From Felis catus (Eukaryota): a DNA stretch of 64,000 nt. The notes under the pieces were generated by a model. It saw nothing but the letters and a program-made list of their open reading frames with translations. It made no database searches and was not told the origin of the DNA. The stretch is taken from NCBI RefSeq assembly GCF_018350175.1, contig NC_058369.1, positions 24,616,001 through 24,680,000 of the forward strand, given 5' to 3'. This document shows, in pieces, positions 25,486-38,812 of this stretch. The position numbers and the translations under genes are program-made. Every line of letters starts with the position of its first letter. Positions within the stretch are counted from its first letter, which is position 1.

Positions 25486-25700
25486 GGTGCCTGGGTGGTT
25501 CTGTCAGTTGAGTGTCTGACTCTTGATTTCAGCTCAGGTTATGATCTCACAGCTTTATGGGTTTGAGCCACGTGTTGGGCTCTGTGCTGGCCATGCAGAA
25601 CCTGCTTGGGATTCTCTCTCTCTCCCTCTTTCTCTCTGCCCCTCCCCCACTTGCACTGTCTCTGTCTCTCTCAAAATAAATAAATAAACTTAAAAAAAAA
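25486..25700 (+). mobile_element. CanSINE
   Basis: Head, CT tract, A-tail; flanking aaaagat(t/g)aatctctat duplication. Confidence 0.9.
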
Positions 25701-25960
25701 AAGATGAATCTCTATTTACCAAATGTCTACCTATAAAAGAATCAAGGTATTTGAAGATTCATGGTTACTAATCCAGGTCAAGATTAAAAAAAAAAAAAGA
25801 AGAAGACATAATTCACAATTAATTCTTTCCCGCAAAATGATGGAAGTGATGAATCAACTTTTACCTTTTATATGAATATTTTTACATAAATACATAAATT
25901 TTGGTCATCACAAAGTGAAAGAATTGCATGTAGGCAAAGTATTTAGAAAATGAAGATATA

Positions 25961-26179
25961 GGGGTGCCTGGGTGGCTCAGTTGATTAAGTGTCCAACTTC
26001 AGTTCTCACAGTTCATGGGTTCCAGCCCCATGTTGGGCTCTGTGCTGACAGCTCAGACCCTGGAGACTGCTTTGGATTCTGTGTCTCCTTCTCTCTCTGC
26101 CCCTCCCCTGCTTGTGCTCTGTTGCATGCTGTCTTGCTCTCTCTGTCTCTCAAAAATAAATGTTAAAAAATAAATAAAT
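25961..26179 (+). mobile_element. CanSINE
   Basis: TSD aaaatgaagatata (25947-25960 / 26180-26193). Confidence 0.9.
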
Positions 26180-26211
26180 AAAATGAAGATATAGTAATCA
26201 TCCAATTAACT

Positions 26212-26410
26212 CAGGGTTTCTCATCATTGTAGCTATTGACATTGTTGGCCAGATAATGTAGGGGGCAGTTCTATGTACTTTGAGCTGTTTAGCAGCACCC
26301 CTGGCTTCTACCCACTGAATGTCACCCCATCCAGTAGTGACAACCAAAAATGTCTTCAGACATTGCCAAATGTCCCTTAGGAGGCAATTTGCCCTCACTT
26401 GAGAACAAAT
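26212..26410 (+). mobile_element. MER20-like hAT relic
   Basis: Homologous to 3697-3910 (gtgacaaccaaaaatgtc...cattgccaaatgtccc). Confidence 0.78.
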
Positions 26411-28031
26411 AAGTTAACTTGATCAATGTATATAGCCAAACCAGATAGTACAAACCAAGCTACGGGATTATAAGACAGGAAGTATCTGTACTTTTTCTCT
26501 CCAGAATGTTCCCACTAAAAAACAAAATGGCTGCACATCACTTCCAAGATACAATCAAATGCTGGCTTCACGGAGAAACAGAGGAGAAATTGCACGTGCC
26601 AGAATTCTGTTTGTCAAGCTGCCCTAGCTCTTGGCTGCATGCCCACACCCTGCCTAAAACCTACTTCCCAAACTTTTGAAAATGCTTTCCACAGCTTTCA
26701 GAACCTGACCTTTAGAGCAGCTTTATCTATGTGTGTGTGTGAAATAGATTTACAATTTTCTATATTCCTGCAAAGCCAAAACCACTTATTGAGTCCAAAT
26801 GCCAACTGGGGGTGGTGGGAATTTGCACACAGATGTCAGTGGATGCCAAAACAACAACACAAGAGCTCCACCTGCAACTAATTATAGAAACTGAAATTGC
26901 ACTCTGGCCAGAAGAGGCTAGGTTCAGAACCCACCCCATCTGCTTTGGCCGATAAAATCACTCTGTTACTTTTCTCCTGTCAACATATACTTGCTTCTTA
27001 AAATCCTCTGAGGATGTCTTCTATAGGGAATTTTATTAGGCAGTGTTTTGGGGGTAACCACTCCCTCTGCCTTTCCCCACTTGGAGCTTGGTTTCAAAAA
27101 GTGCCTTTGGCACAAGTGAGATTATAATAATCTATTTGTTGAAATATTCCAAAACGTTTTCTTTAGTTCCTTGTGTGTTGTTGCTATCCCATTGCCAAAA
27201 TAAAGTGATCCAGAGAGAAAATGGAAGATGGAAGTCATTTAGCTCTCCCAAGGTCCAGCATACAGGAATGTTTATATTCCTTCCCCCATTAGCCAAGTCT
27301 TTCATAAAATAAAACCTGGGAATAAAAATCTGTAGGAGTACTAATGCAGTGCACATGGCTGATCTTAGGGCTGACTGCAAGAGATTACTGAGGAAAAAAC
27401 CAGCTGACATCTGTGACAAAGATGTGTGTGTAGTTCACTTCAAATCATTCTCCTACATTCTAGCAAACAAAGAAATCAACTGTTGGCTCTGTGCCATCTC
27501 ATCTATCTTCAGAACCAAAGGAAGTTTTCACCTACCCATGAAAGCCATTTAAAACTGTGGTTTCAGTCTAAGTAGGTCATTGCCTAAATCTGGACCAAAG
27601 GGTTTTCCACCTTGCTGGAAAGGTAGACAAAAGCTACAGTTCTCTGAGGAGCTGAGGAAGACTATTTCAAGATGAGGAAGGTTGACTTTTTGTTGTTGTT
27701 GTCCTTCTAAAATTCAGCATTCCAAGTTATACTGTGGTGCTAAACTGGTTTATATTACCCAGTTCTAAATCTGTTTGCCTTTGTCACATTGGGGAAGGCA
27801 TACATAAACACTCATAATTTAAATCAGAGTTAAAATGAAAAAAAAGTTATATACCTAATTGGTATTTGATTGACTTAATCTCCCAGGTCTCTTGATATGA
27901 CTATAAACCCTTAAAATATTTGAAGAAAGAGGGTAACTAAGGACAGCTCAAGTCAGTGCAGTGAACATCTGTTTTTGTCCTAGAGCATCCCTTTGCCCTT
28001 CATCTCAGTCTTTTTAAAGAACTGCCCCTCA

Positions 28032-28214
28032 GGGCGCCTGGGTGGCTCAGTTGGTTAAGAATCCTACTTTTGATCTCTTGATCTCAGCTCAGGTCTTGAT
28101 CTAAGGGTGCCTGGGTGGCTCAGTCAGTTAAGAATCCTACCCTTGATCTCAGCTCAAGCCCCTCATCAGGCTCCACACTGGGCATAAAGCCTACTTTAAA
28201 AAAAAAAAAAAAAA
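28032..28214 (+). mobile_element. Short CanSINE with duplicated 5' head
   Basis: ggg(c/t)gcctgggtggctcagt..gttaagaatcctac occurs at 28032 and again at 28105; one A-tail. Confidence 0.85.
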
Positions 28215-28886
28215 CCCTGCCCCCTCCCTAAAGTCTAATAGACTCACCTGTCATAGTAAACCTTTCTCACATTCCTGCCCCTTGCCCTAGCAATTCACAC
28301 TCACCAAGTACTAGAGACAGGATATGACCAAGGCAGGACCAAAAGTCCTTCTATAAATTTTCCAAATGGGAAGTGAAGACAGGGATCTCTTAACCATTCA
28401 GTTATGACCTGGGGGTACTGGCAGCCAAGACCACCCGCCACATGAAAGACAAAAATGAGGCTTACACACAGACAGAGGCAGAGATCAAGAACCAGAGATG
28501 AAACAATGAGGAGAGACAAAATCCTACTACAGTGTGAGGCACTGGATCCAGTCAACCCCAAGCTCAACATCTGAGCCTTTCTGCAATTTCATTATAAGAA
28601 CTAATAGATCCCCCTTTTTTGCATACACAGGCTTTGAGATTTGTGTCACTACTTTGGAGTATTGCCCAATACAATTAGTAAGTAGGTTTCTTCAATCTAA
28701 TGTGTAAGGTCCTTTAAGGTCTCATTTCAGCCCACTGAAATACACATATTTTTATGGTTATCATGACTGATAATTATTATGAATAATAGTTCTCAACTAA
28801 TAACTTTCTATTTTATTAGTTAGGAAGGTATTGAGCTGCAAGTAATAGACTACCCAACCAACAGTGATTTAAACTACGAGGGGCTA

Positions 28887-29455
28887 ACTCTGGAAAACAG
28901 TGTGGAAGTTCTTCAAAAATTAAAAATAGATCTACCCTATGGCCCAGAAATAGCACTGCTAGGAGTTTACCCAAGGGATATAGGAGTGCTGATGCATAGC
29001 AGCACTTTCAACAATAGCCAAATTATGGAAAGAGCCTAAATGTCCATCAACTGATGAATGGATAAAGAAATTGTGATTTATATACACAATGGAATACTAC
29101 TTGGCAATGAGAAAGAATGAAATATGGCTGTTTGTAGCAATGTGGATGGAACTGGAGAGTGTTATGCTAAGTGAAATAAGTCATACAGAAAAAGACAGAT
29201 ACCATATATTTTCATTTATGTGGATCCTGAGAAACTTAACAGGAGACCATGGGGGAAGGGAAGGGGGAAAAAAAAGGTTAGGGAGGGAGGGAGACAAATC
29301 ATAAGAGACTCTTAAAAACTGAGAATAAACAGGGTTGATGGGGGTGGGAGGGAAGGGAAAGTGGGTGATGGGCAGTGAAGAGTGCACCTGTTGGGATGAG
29401 CACTGAGTGTTGTATGGAAACCAATTTGACAATAAATTTCATATTAAAAAAAAAA
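28887..29455 (+). mobile_element. LINE-1 3' end (same young family as 7952-8740)
   Basis: MEYYLAMRKNEIW...ELESVMLSEIS and the same 3'UTR/polyA. TSD aaactacgaggggcta (28871-28886) / aaactaaaaggggcta (29456-29471). Confidence 0.92.
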
Positions 29456-29796
29456 AAACTAAAAGGGGCTATTTTCTCACATGACTAGAGGTCTGGAGGC
29501 CAACCATTGTAGGTACTGTTGCAAGTGCTCAGAGATGGGAGGACGTATGTTTCTGTGTTTGGCTTGGCCTTTCTCTCATGGTTATTATACGGCTGATACA
29601 GCTCCAGGCAACATATCAACACTCAAGACAGGAAGAAGTGGGAAAAAGCATCACTGGTGACATATATTTACTCTTTTTATCAGGAAAACAAAAGCTTTCC
29701 CAGAACTTCTCAGATACCCACTTGGGTTTCATTGCCCAGTTACATGAGACAGAAAGGGAGGGGCCTGACACTCGGCCATTAAATAGGCATCATTAT

Positions 29797-30005
29797 GGGG
29801 CGCCTGGATGGCTCAGTCGGTTGAGCATCCGACTTCGGCTCAGGTCATGATCTCACGGTCCGTGAGTTCGAGCCCCGCGGCGGGCTCCGTGCTGACAGCT
29901 CGGAGCCCAGAGCCTGTTTCAGATTCTGTGTCTCCCTCTCTCTCTGACCCTCCCCTGCTCATGCTCTGTCTCTTTCTGTCTCAAAAAGAAATAAACCTTA
30001 AAAAA

Positions 30006-30042
<37 letters not shown>
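29797..30042 (+). mobile_element. CanSINE (felid type) with (AAAT)n tail
   Basis: TSD aaata(g/a)gcatcatta (29781-29795 / 30043-30057). Confidence 0.92.
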
Positions 30043-30048
<6 letters not shown>

Positions 30049-30831
30049 GCATCATTAGGACACTCTGGAAGGCCCAGCCACTGAAGGAGACTTTGACCAC
30101 ACTGAAAGTGCTCATCTACCTTCAGAAGTCTCAAACTTTAATATATTGCTTCCAGAGCTACTCCTGATGCAGACATTCTTAAAGTGTGGCCTTTAGTTCT
30201 AGGAATATTTATAGTTTATGACAAATAGGATTATTTAAAATATATAAGCAATATATATAATAATAACATATGTTAACATATATAACAGAATAACAGATAC
30301 ATACATATATATACACACACATATACATATAAATGTGATTTGGAAGGAAGTACAATCCCCTGGCCCCAATGACTTTGGGCCTGACCATGTAACATGCTTT
30401 AGGCAACAGAATGTTAGTAGACTTGATATGCACATAGGTTTGAAATGTGTTTATGTGATTTGGTTAGAGACTTGGCATCTGTGATCCGCTGTAAGATGAA
30501 TTCCTGAATAGCTTCTGTTCCAAGGAGAATGTGGATGCATGTAGAACATATTTGAACTGAACTTTCATCCTAGAGCCTGATGCCCTGAGTCTAGCCCTGT
30601 TCAACTAAGTTGTAACCAACCTGCAGATATGTGAGGGAGAGGTAAATGTTTTTTTTAAGACAGTAGGTTTTGGAATGGCTTGTTACACAGCATTACTGAA
30701 GCAATAGCTGCTTAATACATAGATGCTTGGTTTAAGATAAAGTTTCATGGACTTTGTGGGATTAAGCAAACTTAATAATTTTTTTTTTTAACTGTAGGAG
30801 TTAGAGCATTTCATTTCACATGGGGATATAT

Positions 30832-31465
30832 TGTATTAGTTTGCTAGGGCTGCCATAATAAAGTAGAACAAACTGGGTGGCTTACACAACAGAAATTTAT
30901 TGTCTCACAGTTCTAGAGGCTAGAAGTTCAAGATCAAGGTGTCACCAGGGTTACTTCCTTCTGAGGACTGTGGGTGAAGAATCCAAGCCTCTTTCCTTGG
31001 CTTGTAGATGGCCATCTTCTCCCTGTCTCTTCATATGATCTTCCCTTGGTGCGTGTTTATGTCTGTGTCCAAATTTCCCCCCCAGTTTTTTTTAATGTTT
31101 CTTTATTTTGAGACAGAGGGGGTGGGAGAGAGCACGAGTGGAGGAGGGGCAGAGAGAGAGGGAGAGAGAGAATCTACTGTCAGTGCAGAGCCCAACATAG
31201 GGCTTGATCTCACAAATTGTGGGATCATGACCTGAGCTGAAATCAAGAGTCAGATGCTTAACCAACTGAGCCACCCAGGTGCCCCACATATTTCCCCTTT
31301 TGGTAAGGACATTAGACAAATTCAGTTAGGGCCCCCTCAAATGACCTCATTTTAACTTGATTACCTCTGTAAAGACCCTATCCCCAAATAAAAACACATT
31401 ATGAGTTACAGGGGATTAAGATTCCAATGTATCTCTTTGAGGAGAACATAATTCAATCCATAACA
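30832..31465 (-). mobile_element. MaLR (MLT1-type) solo LTR interrupted by SINE
   Basis: tgtattagtttgctagggctgccata...attcaatccataaca. Confidence 0.85.
31086..31285 (-). mobile_element. CanSINE nested in MLT1 LTR
   Basis: Reverse SINE ending ...ctgagccacccaggtgcccc. Confidence 0.9.
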
Positions 31466-34400
31466 TAAGTATTATTAATTTCCAGGATAGAAGTATCTAG
31501 TATATCATGTCTCAAGTTTATTTGACCAGAAAATCCCATCTGCCAAGTGTCATTTCCCTGGATACACTTTGGAAAACTGGCTTTGAGGGATTGATGGATC
31601 TCAGACTTAGAGTAGGAGAAGGAATGGAGCCTGAAAGAAGGCACAGGGAAAAGACAGGTCTGAATAGTGAATATATTTAAGTCCCATCCACAAATTGGAC
31701 AGTTCTGGACACTCCAAGGCTGAGCCCTTAATCCCACAAACACCCAGTACTCAAGGTGACTGCAGCTGCATTTAACTGTTAGTGGATACCCCCCTCACAA
31801 TGCAGCTGCCTCGCCACCTTCCCAATAGGAGATAGAATTAATTCTATCACCCACTTCCTAGTAGTACAACCCTTCATATCTGGACATTCCCAATGAAATG
31901 AGCATTTTAGAACAGAGTTTAATGACCCTGTTGAAATGGCCCTACAGTTATACAAACAAAACAAAATGATAAAAGAAACACGGAAATGTGATCCATCTCG
32001 ACCTTTTCAAGTTACAGGCTCAAAATGAGAACCAATAAATCATATGCTGAAACTAGCTCAAAAACTCATCAAAAACCCATATTAATATTGATTTAGAGTA
32101 GATTATTTCCTATTGTGTTAAGCTAGAAATAGAAATCATCACATAACCATTGCTTAAAAGCCGTAAAACTCCCCAGGCAGGTTTACTTACACTTCTTAGG
32201 TTACATTTCCCAATGACCTTGTCCCACTTCTGCATTCACAAGATGGGTAAATATTAGATCTAGTACAATCTCCCAGCGTGTGATGCTATTTATATTCATG
32301 CAGATCCTTGGCCAGCCATGTGCAAGTTAGGAAAATGTCTCAAAATTGCTTAATATACATCTAATTTGGAAAAAGTAATCTATTAAAAATATAAAGTTAA
32401 TTATTGCAAAAAAAATCCAGGAATATGAAAAGTCAATAATGTAATATGCATCAAACTGCAAAACATAAGTCCTTATGAAATTTCTGAAAATTTCTCCTCT
32501 ACCATGTGTTCCCTCTGTGATCTCTATCACACAGGTAAATAGAAAGGAGCTGTAAAGACAATCATATAACCTTTTAGAGAAAATTAGGCTACTTTACTTT
32601 CTAATAGTTGCATTCTCCTGCCCCCAACATCCACACCCAACCCCATAGGAATTACAAATAACAAGGGGGCTGCCTCAAGTGGCAGCCAAACATCCACTCC
32701 AAATCTTTTCTTCTCACCTCTCCCCCAAATCATTCTACAGGTTTGACATTGAGTTCACACCATTCCAAAGATTAGCTGTCTGTAATACTCTACCACCCTC
32801 TTCTTCCATTCAAGACAGCACATCATGAAGTAAAAAGTACAAGTGATAACGTAAGAGTAACTGTGCATCCATGCACTCCAGTTTATACAAACATGCCAAT
32901 GATGCCAACTGCCAATACTGTAACTCTTCATGGTCCCAAATATATTTCTATTTGTGCAGCTCTGTGTGGCTGAGAAGCAGGGCCTGGGAGAGAACCTGGG
33001 GGATAGGAGTGGGGAGGGATTCTGAGATGAAATATCCATCCAGGAACCTGAGTAGCTACTCTTTGCACATAAGAGATTTGGTCACAGCCACCTACCCATT
33101 GTCTCCAAGTTTCCAACAGTCATGTGCTTCCTGTAACACAGGGAGAATGCTCAACATCCTCCCTTTGATCTGCAGTTGGGTTCAGCTCCCTTGGACAGAA
33201 CCACTAGAACTTCCAAATATACTGCAAAAGAATTCATGAGTGGGAGCCCTCTTCAACAATGCACATAAGGGTGAAAGGTTTACATTAGTGAGCATTAAAT
33301 TCACAGAACCATGAATTTCATATACAAGAGCACTTTGAGCTTCCTAACCTCCACCCTATGATGGATCTGCTTCCCATTTGTATTTACATAGTATAGTTCA
33401 AATGGTTTTAGATCACCCAAATTTAGGTTAGTGAAATTCTAATTATCCAGATACCCTCTGGTAGAACCACATTTGTAGATGTAGTCCGTGGTTGTTGTGC
33501 ATAAGAAACCACAATCAAATGTTCCGTATCTCCTTTATATTCTTTTCTTCCATACAGAAAAAGTTTCCATGATTTTTTCCTCTAAAGGGAAATTATAGTC
33601 AGTTATGGTAAATGGCAGAAACTCTAAACAGCACAAAAAACACTTCTGGGAAAAAGAAATAAATTCCTAATTAAGAATAAAAATCCCAATTAAACTAAAT
33701 CACATTCTTAATCATTTTATCAGAGTTAGTCTTTTTTTTTTTCATCTAACACATGATGATAAGATTATACTCACAGCTCAGTGATCCTCTAAGGAGTTAG
33801 TGAACATAAAGTCTTAGCCGTTGGCATAAACTATACCAAAGCCTTAAAGCCCAGCTCTCTCATTTACTAGCTGTGTGCATTTGGGCAAGCTGCTTATTCT
33901 TCTTACATTTATTTTTCATCTGTAAAATGAGAAAAAGTCTAGCACCTACCTCAGGTGACTGACACAAACACTAAATAAGATAATGTACACAAAGTTCTAA
34001 GAACAATGCCTGGCACATAGTAAACCCCAACAGATGTCTATCGGTAGCAGTAGCAGTAATAATAGAAACAGCAGCAACAGCAGGAATCTGGATTGTTCCC
34101 CTAACTTTATTTCATCTAACTCCACTTTTTGACAAACATAAAAACCCCACTGGTAGAAGTTTCTAGTGTTCCTTCATATCTGACTCTCCTTCCTGGAAAG
34201 AGGAGAGGACTATACCTCCTGACCCCTTGCAATCATGTCACTTCCAGTCCAAGGAATTGTGAAGCCAATGTGCCATCTCCAGGCACTCCCTTCCTCTGGT
34301 GTAGTAACTCTTGAAGCCATGTGCCAAGGTGCAGAAAGCCGGGATCCTGAGTCACTGCCTGGAGGAGGGCTGCCCTGGAGACTCACTTGACCTACTTCAC

Positions 34401-36853
34401 ACTTCAGGTGAATAAGGAAGGAATCTTGATGTGTTAAGCCACTCAGATTTGAGGTTTGTTGATTACCACCCTATCCTGACCAATAGGTACTCCAATACCT
34501 CTAAAAGGGATCCTGACATAATTCCCAGAGGAGAAAGAGAGGTGCTTCAATTGTTAAAAAATAACTTGCTTTTTGTCAATATTTAGATTCTTTCCTTTGT
34601 AATACTACCTCATATTGCAAGCAAATTGACTTTTCAAACTCTCCATGCTTCTTCCTCCTTTTATATTTTTAACCTAAAAAAGAAAATAATTACATTTTAC
34701 TTCTATTTAATACACAGGTTAATACTGGGGCTCTTACTGGATCATATGTCACATGGTCATATGGCACCCATAGTACCAAACATAGCCTGTGATCACAGTA
34801 GTTTCCAGAACTAGGAAGGGGTACTGGGAGCACCCTCAAGTGTTCAGTTGTTTCTGGCTTAAGGCAACATGGGACAGTTAAGTAGAACTATGGATATTTT
34901 CTACTTTAAACTAAAACTAACCCTTATGAAATAGAAAAGGGGTTTAAAATGTTTTTACAAACCAAAAAGGTTTTGTGCATCATTAAAATGTACCTCAATA
35001 TATTATTTATTTTATGTTGTCACTTCCATATTTACATCTGTATGAATGTCAGAATAGACACATAATATATTGGCATAATAGCACATCATAAATATACATG
35101 TATAAGTTGGGGTCTCTGCTCAAAAAAATTTAATGATAGGAGCATAGGATAAAAGTAACTTTGAAACTGACAGTTTAAAGAATGGCCTTCACACTTTTTG
35201 TCGCTATTTGCATCATTCCTAAACTGCTGTAACCATTTTCCAAAGCAACTAAAAAAGAAGAAAACCAATACAGAACTAGGGAAATTCACATAGCAGTAAC
35301 AGGTTCATAAGGACATCATGAACCAGCAAAGTCAGAAGAAAAAAAAAAATAAAAGCAGAAATGATAGTGAGGAGCATAGATTTGATTTAGGGTTGAAGAA
35401 CAAAACTTTCTGTTCCAACTAAAAATCACGTTTCCACATCTGAAAACCAGCAAAGGCTCTGTCAGATAGTTAAAAGGATAAGGTGATTGCTTTCTACACA
35501 TAGAAGCAGGATGAAGAGCAGATTCTCATACAGATCAGAAATGCTTCTAAAGATACTTGGACTCCAAAGTGTGGTATCCAGGGAAACAGGAGGGCCAGCA
35601 GATAACCCCAAGAAAGGCAGAGAGCTTTGTTAGGCCAACATCCAAACCAATTATTGAAGAATCACTAGTTCAGCCAAGTTAGAATTATCTCAAATTTCTA
35701 CAGAAAGTTAAATGATATCTGGGAATTTTTCAGCCAAATGGCACAGAGCTCTCTATTCCCCATCTCATAGCACTTACCTCACTATCAGTAAGAGGTGAAG
35801 CTGGGATTTAAACCCAGGCATATCAGACTCCAAAACCCTTATGAAAACGGCAGCAGATAAATGAACCTCACAGAATAGGTACGATTTGGAAATGGAGACT
35901 GGCTGGCACTGAAAGGGGAGAGGCAGGGAGAGGAGGCCCTGAGAAGGCCATTAGTGAAAGGGAACAGAAAAAGCTAAGGAATAGAGGTGGAAAACCCTAA
36001 GTGTGTGCAGGAATTACCAAGTATAGTGCAGGTAGCATAGGAAATGTGCAGGGAAGAGGTATGAGATAAGCCTGGGAAGGCTGGCTCTGGCCTTTCAGCT
36101 GATGATGCTGTCGGCTCAGCCAAAGAGGCAGACTTCACTCTGAAGGCAATAAGCAATAATTGAGAGCTTTAAAGCAGAGAAATGGCATATAATGCAAGTA
36201 GGCCCTGGGAAAACTAATCTTGCTATGACATGGAAGATAGATTAAAGAAGAATAAGAAGGTGCCTTGCACATAATACACGTGCATTTAATATGAATGGAT
36301 AAAGGAAAGACCAGGTTAAAACTTATTGTGTTTCTCCAAGATGATACCAAACCCATTCTATCCAGTGCTATTTAATGTTTGGTTTGCTATTTAGAGAATA
36401 AATTCCCCTCATTCTAGAAAGAAATAAAGCTGCTGTGGCTTCAAAAATAAGTCAATTGATCAGTCAAGTGTGGCTCTCTAAATGTTGCCGTTACAGTGTC
36501 TACTCTGGCAAAAATTAACATTTTCTTCTTCTATGCAGAGGGAAGTACATCTGAGCTGCTGTTGTTACTGCTGAAAAAGAAAAAAAAAATTAACCAAGTA
36601 CAAAAGTTAGGCAATGAAGAATGGTTCCTCCCCTTCAGCAACAGGGTGAAAAAGTTATTGGAAAATAAGATAATAAGCCATAATTTCATATTTCTTATGC
36701 CCTTTTGTGGTCTCCAAGTCAAACACGTACTAAGCCATAGCTTTCTTGATGATGCCAAACTTCCTTCTGCACAGGTCATGGTGCCATCTGCAAAGCATCA
36801 ATTACTCAGTGAGAAGCCAAGGCTGAAAAACCCTGAGATGAGTCATAACCTAC

Positions 36854-37510
36854 CTGATTTTCTTCATGGGAAACCCTCATCTGCTCCTTGAGGACAGACA
36901 TTCGGGCTGCCTCTTCTTTCCTCAAGACTCTCTCCTTCTTGAGCTCAGGGCTCCAGAAGGTCTTGATACTGTTCATGGAAGATCCCAACTTGCTGTCCTT
37001 GATGTCTAGCTCTTTCCGGAGGAGGTCATTCTCTCTCTGAAGTTCCTTGAGCTGGGCTTGAAGGTCTAACATTGTGCTATCCCTTACCTGCCTCAACATG
37101 GAGGGGACCTGGTGGTGGTGATGATGAGACGAGCTTGTCAGACCACCATGTTGATCCGTGTATGAAAGAACATCTGTGTGGGAAAGTCCAGCAGAAGCAA
37201 TATTGGGACTACTCCCCATGGCTGTGACTCGGCCTCCATACACAGCTCTATTTGTGGCCCTTCCCAGAGTCATGGTGCCCTTTGGGTAAGTTGTCGAAGC
37301 CACCCCCTCATGATCACTCAGATACATGGGTCCAGAAGTAGCATAAGCTGCATTAAGGGACTGGATATTCTCCATGGACAGTGTCTTGCCTGTTCCTCCA
37401 CCTCCCCCACTGCTTGTTCTTCTGTGGCCCAAACGAGGAGACCTTGGCAAACGAGGAGATCTGGAAGGGCTACCTTCCAGATTGGTGATTGTTCTTGCAC
37501 TTCCATACAT
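36854..37510 (-). CDS. ERC2: ERC2 (CAST1/ELKS2) first coding exon, codons 1-219; CDS continues in exons outside the window
   Basis: Translation MYGSARTITNLEGSPSRSPRLPRSPRLGHRRTSSGGGGGTGKTLSMENIQSLNAAY...KTFWSPELKKERVLRKEEAARMSVLKEQMRVSHEENQ is the recognisable ERC2 N-terminus. It ends at donor AATCAG|GTAGGT (intron starts 36853); 657 nt, phase 0. Confidence 0.96.
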
Positions 37511-37650
37511 TTTTCTTCTATTATGAGGTGCTACTGAAGAGAAGGAATGCTATACTAAGTTGGGAGGTAAGCCAGTATTTCCACTATTGGCCTGAATTTT
37601 CACTGCATATTTTTCACCGTCTGTACCAGAAAATGACTCCAAATAGAGAC
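37511..37650 (-). other. ERC2: 5'UTR part of the same ERC2 exon (whole exon 36854-37650, 797 nt)
   Basis: Strong acceptor on minus strand TTTTTTCTCATTTTTCAG|GTCTCT (AG at 37652-37651), 140 nt upstream of the ATG. This implies a non-coding upstream exon, probably beyond 64000. Confidence 0.88.
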
Positions 37651-38272
37651 CTGAAAAATGAGAAAAAAGATAATCAAAAACAAACTGTATTATATTTTTA
37701 AAAATACATTGATAGATCAATGATGATAATGATAGATACATGAACATCAGAGAGTCACACCCATATTCATTTTTTGAATGACCCCAAACTTTACTTACAA
37801 CATGCAAACATTTTGTACATTTCCCCCACCCTGCCCCCAAGCAAGGTCAAAAGTCCTCACAGCAAAAAGGAAACTTGTTTTTCCTTAGGAAAATGAAGCT
37901 TTGCATTTTGGTTTGTGCTAAGTAACAGTTGGGACTTCCAGAAAATTCACCATAGAATTCCTCCTCATAGAGAACTTGGCTATAAAATACTCCATCCTAG
38001 GGGCGTGACCCCCCCCCATATACAAGTGGCTTGACAGTAACTCTGAGAAGCTTTTGCTTCCTAGGATATCAAATAACAGTCAGGCAGGTTGTTACCTCCC
38101 CATTCTGTACCCATTCCAGACATCACTAATCCATCACTGTTCTCATTTCCACTAAGATTGGAATTCTTCTCAACATAATATTCTAGATGGTTTACCACCA
38201 ATCAACTAGCATCGACTCAGGAGTTTAAACCTATTGACCATTTTGAAGCTAGAAGAAAAAGAGATGGCTCAA

Positions 38273-38756
38273 AAAAACAAATAATCCAGTGAAGAAATGG
38301 GCAAAATACATGAATACACACTTCTCCAAGGAAGACATCCAGATGGCCAACCGACACAAGAAAAAATGCCCAACGTCACTCATCATCAGGGAAATACAAA
38401 CCAAAACCACCATGAGATACCACCTTACACCTGTTAGAATGACTAACATTAACAACTCAGGCAACAACAGATGTTGGCGAGGATGCGGAAAAAGAGGATC
38501 TCTTTTGCATTGTTGGTGGGAATGCAAGCTGGTGCAGCCATTCTGGAAAACAGTATGGAGGTTCCTCAAAAAACGAAAAATAGAACTACCCTACGACCCA
38601 GCAATTGCACTACTAGGCATTTATCCACGGGATACAGGTGTGCTGTTTCAAAGGGACACATGCACCCCCATGTTTATAGCAGCACTATCAACAACAGCCA
38701 AAGTATGGAAAGAGCCCAAATGTCCATCGATGGATGAATGGATAAAGAAGATGTGG

Positions 38757-38812
<56 letters not shown>

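Noticed and set aside
27088..27552. Overlapping 67-95 aa ORFs in unique sequence
   Set aside because: No homology recognised and no convincing splice frame; could be conserved non-coding DNA but this cannot be shown here.
36806..36853. Last 15 codons (VGYDSSQGFSALASH) of the 234-aa ORF
   Set aside because: Read-through past the strong donor CAG|GTAGGT; not ERC2 coding sequence unless intron retention is shown.
37178..37537. 119-aa plus-strand ORF
   Set aside because: Antisense shadow of the ERC2 CDS.
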